Below, in pieces: positions 58,593-64,000 of a stretch of DNA of 64,000 nt (within the stretch, counting starts at the first letter, position 1; the number at the start of each line of letters is the position of its first letter). The DNA comes from Candidatus Hodarchaeota archaeon. Its GTDB lineage: Archaea; Asgardarchaeota; Lokiarchaeia; Sigyniarchaeales; SOKP01. The stretch spans positions 1-64,000 of the forward strand of contig JBHLKM010000008.1 of the NCBI GenBank assembly GCA_048886685.1, in the 5' to 3' direction. The notes beneath the pieces were generated by a model. That model was not told where the DNA came from, did not search any database, and saw nothing but the letters and a program-made list of their open reading frames with translations. The translations under genes and the position numbers were made by a program.

Positions 58593-60575
58593 ATGGTAAA
58601 ATTATCAGATCCGATTACAATCAGAGGAATGACCGCAAAAAATAGGATAGGTTTTCCACCTATGTTAACATTTTCATCTGATGGGAAAGGAGGTCCTTCT
58701 CCCAGAACTTTTAATGTACATAGATTAAAAGCTCAAGGAGGAGTTGGAATGATAACATATGAGAATACCGGCCTTGAACCTGTGGCGGGGATGGGAAGTG
58801 CAAATATTGGCAAAGATGAACTTATTCCAGCTTACAAAAGTTTAACGGATATGGTGCATAGCCATGGTGCGAAAATAGGAATGCAAATTGGAAATGGGAG
58901 TTTAATAGGATTTTCTTTTGCGAACTTTTTGTTTAATATAAATCCTGGAAATCCTATAGGACCATCTAAAGTGGATTTAGCAAAAGCTACAGATGCATAT
59001 ACATTATATGATCCAACCTGGCCTGATAAACTAAGAAAAGAGAATTTTGAAATGCAAGTTCTTACTAAAGAGCAGATTCTGGCAATCGAAAATCTATTTG
59101 CAGAAGGAGCAAGAAGAGCAATCGAAGCTGGTTTCGATTATGTGGATATTCACTCTGGACATGGTATGTTACATGCTTCATTTTTATCTCCTTGGCTCAA
59201 TAAAAGGACTGATGAATATGGAGGTTCAATAGAAAATCGGTGCCGGTTTCATACCGAGACTATGCAAAAAATCAGAGAAAAAATTGGGGAAGAGCATCCA
59301 ATATTCATACGGTTTTCTGCTGATGAACTTATCGCTGAGGGAAATAGAATTGAAGACGGTATAAAGATAGCCAAAGCGTTAGAAAAAGGAGGAGCTGATT
59401 GTCTAGATATAACTCAAGGTATCATATATAGGAGTCCATTTGGAATTGAAATTCCATCCTACTGTAAACAAGGATGCTTCATTCGTTTACCCGAAGCAAT
59501 TAAGAAGGAGGTTAATATTCCTGTTATAGGGGTTGGGAGAATAACAAATCCAGCAATGGCAGATCAATTTATCCAAGAAGGAAAAGCTGATATTATATAT
59601 ATGGGAAGACAATTAATTTGTGACCCTGAGACACCCAATAAGTATTTCAGTGGACGTGCTGATGAAATCAGGTATTGTATGGGATGTCTACAGGATTGTA
59701 GTCGTGGATGCGTCCAAGATATTTTTGGAGGTCAAACTTACCGAGAGTTAACACCCTCTGAAGAACCAAAGAAAATTGTTATTTTAGGGGCAGGAATTGC
59801 TGGTTTAGAAGCTGCGAGACTTGCGAAACTTAGAGGTCATAAAGTTAAAATATATGAAAAAACGGATAAGGTTGGAGGACTAGTTAGGTTATTAGCAGCA
59901 GAGTATGGGAAATCAGATTACATAAACTCAGTAAATTATTCAGAATCACAATTAAAAAAATTGGGTGTTCCGATTAATTTAAATAAAGAGTTAACTAAAA
60001 ATGAGATTGTTAAGTTAAATCCTGATATTTTGGTTCTAGCAACTGGATCAGAAGCTACATTACCCGTGAAATTGAAAGATAAGCCAAATGTTATAACTCA
60101 AGATGAGTCGATACTTAAAAATAAGCCATTGGGTAAAGATATTGTCATTTGGGGATTAGAAGTTTACTGGCGGGGAGGACTTGAAACATGTATTTCACTT
60201 ATAGAGGAAGGATACAATGTGAAAGCTCTTATTGGTCCAGAAAAATCATTAGGAGAAACGATAAAAGGTCGTCAAGGAAGGAGATTCTGGTTACTCAATT
60301 ATCTAAAGAAAAATGATATTCCAATTTATAAAGAAGCCAAACTTCTAGAGGTAACTGAAAATGAAGTGAAATTCTTGGATGAAAATGAGGAAGAGCAATC
60401 AATCCAAGCAGACACTTTAGTATATTGTGGCTCACGTATTTCACATGGAAAGAAATTAAAAGAAGATTTTGAAGGTGTTGCTCCAGAGATTATTCTTATA
60501 GGAGACTGTAATAAACCAAGAGATATCAATACAGCAATAAGGGAAGCTCAAACTTTTGCTATGAAATTAAAATAA
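58593..60575 (+). CDS. FMN/4Fe-4S/FAD oxidoreductase, tandem paralog
   Basis: HSGHG, RTDEYGGS, CMGCLQDCSRGC, GAGIAGLEAA, IGDC. Confidence 0.88.
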   Translation: MVKLSDPITIRGMTAKNRIGFPPMLTFSSDGKGGPSPRTFNVHRLKAQGGVGMITYENTGLEPVAGMGSANIGKDELIPAYKSLTDMVHSHGAKIGMQIGNGSLIGFSFANFLFNINPGNPIGPSKVDLAKATDAYTLYDPTWPDKLRKENFEMQVLTKEQILAIENLFAEGARRAIEAGFDYVDIHSGHGMLHASFLSPWLNKRTDEYGGSIENRCRFHTETMQKIREKIGEEHPIFIRFSADELIAEGNRIEDGIKIAKALEKGGADCLDITQGIIYRSPFGIEIPSYCKQGCFIRLPEAIKKEVNIPVIGVGRITNPAMADQFIQEGKADIIYMGRQLICDPETPNKYFSGRADEIRYCMGCLQDCSRGCVQDIFGGQTYRELTPSEEPKKIVILGAGIAGLEAARLAKLRGHKVKIYEKTDKVGGLVRLLAAEYGKSDYINSVNYSESQLKKLGVPINLNKELTKNEIVKLNPDILVLATGSEATLPVKLKDKPNVITQDESILKNKPLGKDIVIWGLEVYWRGGLETCISLIEEGYNVKALIGPEKSLGETIKGRQGRRFWLLNYLKKNDIPIYKEAKLLEVTENEVKFLDENEEEQSIQADTLVYCGSRISHGKKLKEDFEGVAPEIILIGDCNKPRDINTAIREAQTFAMKLK

Positions 60576-60641
60576 TACCTTTTTTTTGTAGTCAATTTTT
60601 TTTAAAGAAATTGTAAATAGGATTTCTATAGTTAATATAAT

Positions 60642-60983
60642 TTACATCCATGAAATTATTTTGGAGTTGTTGACAAGAATATCCACGAGATCATCATAAT
60701 CAATTCCTTTTATTTTGTCTCGCAAATTGTTTGGATTTATACTTCTTGCTTTAAGATCTGGGATTAAAGCATAAAAATTTATCGGCAAATTTAACAACGC
60801 AACTAACCCGGAAGGAATTATGCTTTTATTAGATGTGCCAATGACTCCATCATGAATTAATACGATGCTAATTTTACTTCCAATACTAATTTGTTCACTT
60901 ATTATTTTATTGAGATTTACTAGTAAAGAATTTTTTCTTGTACTAAATCCATATAAATAGACAAGAGAATTTGCTTCAATCAT
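60642..60983 (-). CDS. dsrH: DsrH/TusB-like sulfur relay protein
   Basis: VLIHDGVIG, YALIPDLKARSI, IDYDDLVDIL, ISW. Confidence 0.75.
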   Translation of the reverse strand: MIEANSLVYLYGFSTRKNSLLVNLNKIISEQISIGSKISIVLIHDGVIGTSNKSIIPSGLVALLNLPINFYALIPDLKARSINPNNLRDKIKGIDYDDLVDILVNNSKIISWM

Positions 60984-61001
60984 GATTTTTTCCCTCAAAT
61001 T

Positions 61002-61370
61002 CTAATAATGGAAACATACTTCTGCTTTTTCTAATATTTGAGAAATTTCTTTTATACCAATAATTTTTAAATTTTCAATGGAAATAAGATCTGAATGGTT
61101 TAAACCCGCAATTTCAAGAGCCTCATCGTAGACGAAAATTTCTAAACCTGAAAGCTCAACCAACCTCATTATGTTGGTAAATGGTTCAATATTCAATGTT
61201 TCAGGATTTAAGTTTTTGCTAAGAAAATAGATGGCATCCCCCATAAAAATAACCTTACAATCTTCTATATCTCCAATTGCTAAAATTCCCGTAGCCATAC
61301 GGATGGATTCTACTACAGAATTTTTCCCGAAAGGAGAATCCTCACATATAATAACTATTGACTCAACCAT
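61002..61370 (-). CDS. dsrF: DsrF/TusC-like sulfur relay protein
   Basis: SPFG...ESIRMA, VIFMGDAIYFL; middle gene of a three-gene operon. Confidence 0.75.
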   Translation of the reverse strand: MVESIVIICEDSPFGKNSVVESIRMATGILAIGDIEDCKVIFMGDAIYFLSKNLNPETLNIEPFTNIMRLVELSGLEIFVYDEALEIAGLNHSDLISIENLKIIGIKEISQILEKAEVCFHY

Positions 61371-61374
61371 GATA

Positions 61375-61743
61375 TCACCCTCCAGGACCAAAGAAAATAA
61401 CTCTATCAGAACGGACAATTAAATCAGAAAGTCCTCCTAATCCCTCTTGACATGCTCCTTCAATAAATTCTTCAGATTTCATTCCGGAAAAACTAATCCA
61501 GGTACTACACGCTGCTAATTTAGTTTTATGCGTTTTATGAAAGTTTACAAGGCGTTCTGGTAAATTTCGTAAAGAAACATCAGTAATTTCTCTCAGTTTA
61601 ATGCTATGTACACCGCTTCCATAAAAAAAGATTCCTAAGATTTCATGTCCTTTATTGATTATTGCCTCACCTAAATTAATCAATGTGTCTAAAGCTTCAT
61701 ATTTGTAGGGCTCTGCGCATACTACAAAAGTGAATGATACCAT
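61375..61743 (-). CDS. dsrE: DsrE/TusD-like sulfur relay protein
   Basis: EPY, GHEILGIFFYGSGV, AACSTW (sulfur-carrying Cys position), GLGGLSDLIVRSDRVIFF. Confidence 0.8.
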   Translation of the reverse strand: MVSFTFVVCAEPYKYEALDTLINLGEAIINKGHEILGIFFYGSGVHSIKLREITDVSLRNLPERLVNFHKTHKTKLAACSTWISFSGMKSEEFIEGACQEGLGGLSDLIVRSDRVIFFGPGG

Positions 61744-61873
61744 GATTTTGCATTTCCATTTTTAAAAATTATTAAATTGGTGATAAGTTTTAATATTTTT
61801 ATAGTTTAATCTTTTAGAATATAGTGATCTACATACTATGTGAAAATGAACCTTTAACATATTACGACTTATT

Positions 61874-62665
61874 ATGACAATTCTATACGAATCTTTTGGC
61901 AATTTTAATACAGGAGTACCGTCATATAGGTCATTTATCTCAAAGAGATCGCGAGGAGTTATAACATTAGACGAAAAGGCCTTATCTTTTGAATCCGAAG
62001 TAGATAAAATTGTATTTCATGTTAAACTTTCAAAAATTAAAGATTTTTTTATGAGATCCCGCTTTTCTATCCCTTATATTGAGCTCAATACAATTGATGA
62101 TACTACTTATATCTTATATCCATTGAGAAAACATAAAAATTCATATAGCAGTTCGCTTCTAATGACAGAAGAATTATTCAGACAATTAGCAAGATTAATT
62201 TGTAATAAAGACCAGGCAATATACTTCGATGCAATAGGGAGTCTTTATCCTGGTACTTCACAACGTTTTGATCTTAAAGAAAAATCTTTTCAGGGACATA
62301 TTTTCTTGACAGAAAATTATATTTTATTTAAATCCTTTCAAACTGGTGATATTACCAATATTGAAATAGTGGATATTAAATTAATCATAATAGAAATCAT
62401 AGATTCCACTAGATACGTTACCATTGAAATGTTAGAGGGTAGCGTTTTTTCTTTCTTAATCTTAAAAGAAAAGAGAAGAAAATTTGTCAAAGATAAAATT
62501 AAAACAGAGAAATTTTATGATGTTTTGAATAATGCTAAAATCTATAAAGATTCTGAGAGATTAATAGATATAAAAGAAGAAAGAAAAGAAACGAAATGCT
62601 TATTTTGTGGTAATCTAATCAGCCCTACTGAGACAACCTGCCCATATTGTGGAAATAATACATAA
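61874..62665 (+). CDS. Tandem GRAM/PH-like domain protein with a C-terminal zinc ribbon
   Basis: Two repeats: RGVITLDEKALSFES...VKLSKI and QGHIFLTENYILFKS...IEIVDI; CLFCG...CPYCG. Confidence 0.6.
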   Translation: MTILYESFGNFNTGVPSYRSFISKRSRGVITLDEKALSFESEVDKIVFHVKLSKIKDFFMRSRFSIPYIELNTIDDTTYILYPLRKHKNSYSSSLLMTEELFRQLARLICNKDQAIYFDAIGSLYPGTSQRFDLKEKSFQGHIFLTENYILFKSFQTGDITNIEIVDIKLIIIEIIDSTRYVTIEMLEGSVFSFLILKEKRRKFVKDKIKTEKFYDVLNNAKIYKDSERLIDIKEERKETKCLFCGNLISPTETTCPYCGNNT

Positions 62666-62786
62666 GAATCTATCTTCTTATATTTTGAGCCTTAAAGGAA
62701 AGGATCAAGATCAACTTTAAATAAAATGTAATCTGTTTGAATAAGAACTAAACCCAATTTAATTTATTATCAGACTATGATTAAAA

Positions 62787-63947
62787 ATGGGGATTCAAAA
62801 CTTAAAAGATTCTACGTCTGAAGTAGACGTATATAGGCAATTACAACAAACTCTTGATGAAATGCCAATTGGATTTCCACCAACAGAATCAGGCGTAGAA
62901 ATACGTTTACTTAAACATCTGTTTACACCTGACGAGGCTAAAATCGCTGCAAAATTAAAATTTGCATGGAAACCTACAGAATCATTAGAGAAAATCTACG
63001 AGCGATTAAAACCAATGGGATACTCGAAAGAAGAATTAGAAAAATATCTAGATAACATGCTTAAGAAAGGGGCTATATTTGGTAGAAAAGAAGATAGTAA
63101 AAAATATTATGGATTAGCTTTGTTAGTTGTAGGAATTTATGAATATCAAGTAAATAAATTGACAAAAGAATTTCTTGAAACATTCCAGCAATATATCCAA
63201 GAAGCATGGGGAATGGAATTTATGAAAACAGGTATTCCCCAAATGCGTACAATTCCAATTGGGTTAGAAATTGACCATGAAATTGAAATAGCTAATTATG
63301 ATAATATTAAACAACTTTTCGAAAATGTTGAGGGTCCATTTGTATTAATCAATTGTATATGTCGCCAAGAACGTGAATTAATGGGAGAATCTTGCCATGC
63401 TACATCACGACTAGAAGCGTGCATGGGATTTGGCGTTATGGCTCAAACATACATCGATTTGGGCTGGGGCCGTGAAATTTCTAGGCAGGAAGCCCTTGAA
63501 ACCTTAAAAAAGAATGAGGAAGAAGGTTTAATTTTCCAACCAGGAAACGCTCAAAAGATAGACTTTGTGTGTTCATGTTGTAGTTGCTGTTGTGGTGGTT
63601 TAACTAGTTTAAAACAATTACCAAATCCAGCAGATTTTGTAACATCTAATTATTATGCTGAAATTGACCCTGACCTATGTACTGGATGTAAAACTTGTAT
63701 AGAACGCTGTCAAATGGACGCAATTTCACCAATAAATGAAATTTCTGAAGTAAATCGTAGACGTTGTATTGGGTGTGGTAATTGTGTTTATGTCTGCCCT
63801 TCAGATGCAATCAAACTCAATAAAAAAGATAGGCATCATGTACCACCGATGACAGAAATAGATTTGTATAATGAGATCGCTCAAGTCAAAGCTAAAAGAA
63901 TAGCTAAAGAACTAAGAAGGCAGAAAAGACGAGAAATAAGGAAATGA
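62787..63947 (+). CDS. 4Fe-4S dicluster protein with an N-terminal winged-helix-like region and extra Cys motifs
   Basis: GFPPTESGVEIRLLKHLFTPDEA, CICR, CSCCSCCC, CTGCKTCIERC, CIGCGNCVYVCP. Confidence 0.88.
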   Translation: MGIQNLKDSTSEVDVYRQLQQTLDEMPIGFPPTESGVEIRLLKHLFTPDEAKIAAKLKFAWKPTESLEKIYERLKPMGYSKEELEKYLDNMLKKGAIFGRKEDSKKYYGLALLVVGIYEYQVNKLTKEFLETFQQYIQEAWGMEFMKTGIPQMRTIPIGLEIDHEIEIANYDNIKQLFENVEGPFVLINCICRQERELMGESCHATSRLEACMGFGVMAQTYIDLGWGREISRQEALETLKKNEEEGLIFQPGNAQKIDFVCSCCSCCCGGLTSLKQLPNPADFVTSNYYAEIDPDLCTGCKTCIERCQMDAISPINEISEVNRRRCIGCGNCVYVCPSDAIKLNKKDRHHVPPMTEIDLYNEIAQVKAKRIAKELRRQKRREIRK

Positions 63948-64000
63948 ATTCATAGTCAGATTCAATTTCTTATTAAGTATTTTTTTTGATTTTCAGAATA

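Noticed and set aside
678-61422. Numerous 60-113 aa ORFs antisense to or overlapping long genes (e.g. 20343..20684, 39453..39743, 47524..47766, 52395..52676)
   Set aside because: Shadow ORFs of well-supported genes; their recurrence in paralogs only mirrors sense-strand conservation.
1-64000. tRNA, rRNA, CRISPR array or IS transposase
   Set aside because: Intergenic regions are short and AT-rich with no GC-rich structured segments or regular repeat-spacer pattern; no ORF shows transposase or integrase motifs.

Overview
AT-rich (roughly 30% GC by eye), gene-dense archaeal sequence with GGAGG/GGTGA ribosome-binding sites and oligo-T terminators. It most likely comes from an Asgard archaeon (Lokiarchaeia/Promethearchaeota); this is inferred from longin/roadblock-like and TPR-longin proteins and from heavy paralogous expansion of acyl-CoA enzymes. 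The first ~19 kb is mixed: a free-standing GIY-YIG nuclease, a dual-specificity phosphatase, a TetR-controlled ABC exporter with visible operators, hydrolases, a TPR protein, a longin-roadblock protein and a thioredoxin broken by an in-frame TGA. From ~19.9 to 60.6 kb lies a large lipid/acyl-CoA catabolic island: 4 CoA ligases, an ADH, 2 SDRs, DUF35 plus thiolase, 2 crotonases, an AMACR-like family III CoA-transferase, SCP2 plus an SCPx-type thiolase, a ferredoxin-nitroreductase, 5 VAO/GlcD-type FAD oxidoreductases with 2 CCG-domain Fe-S partners, and 2 flavin-Fe-S reductases lacking the catalytic Tyr. The window ends with dsrEFH/tusDCB-like genes, a tandem GRAM/PH-like protein and a 4Fe-4S protein. 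Several genes carry lesions (thioredoxin, one SDR, a nucleoside hydrolase, possibly VapC). No rRNA, tRNA, CRISPR array or transposase was recognised. All family calls come from motif recognition by eye, not database searches.
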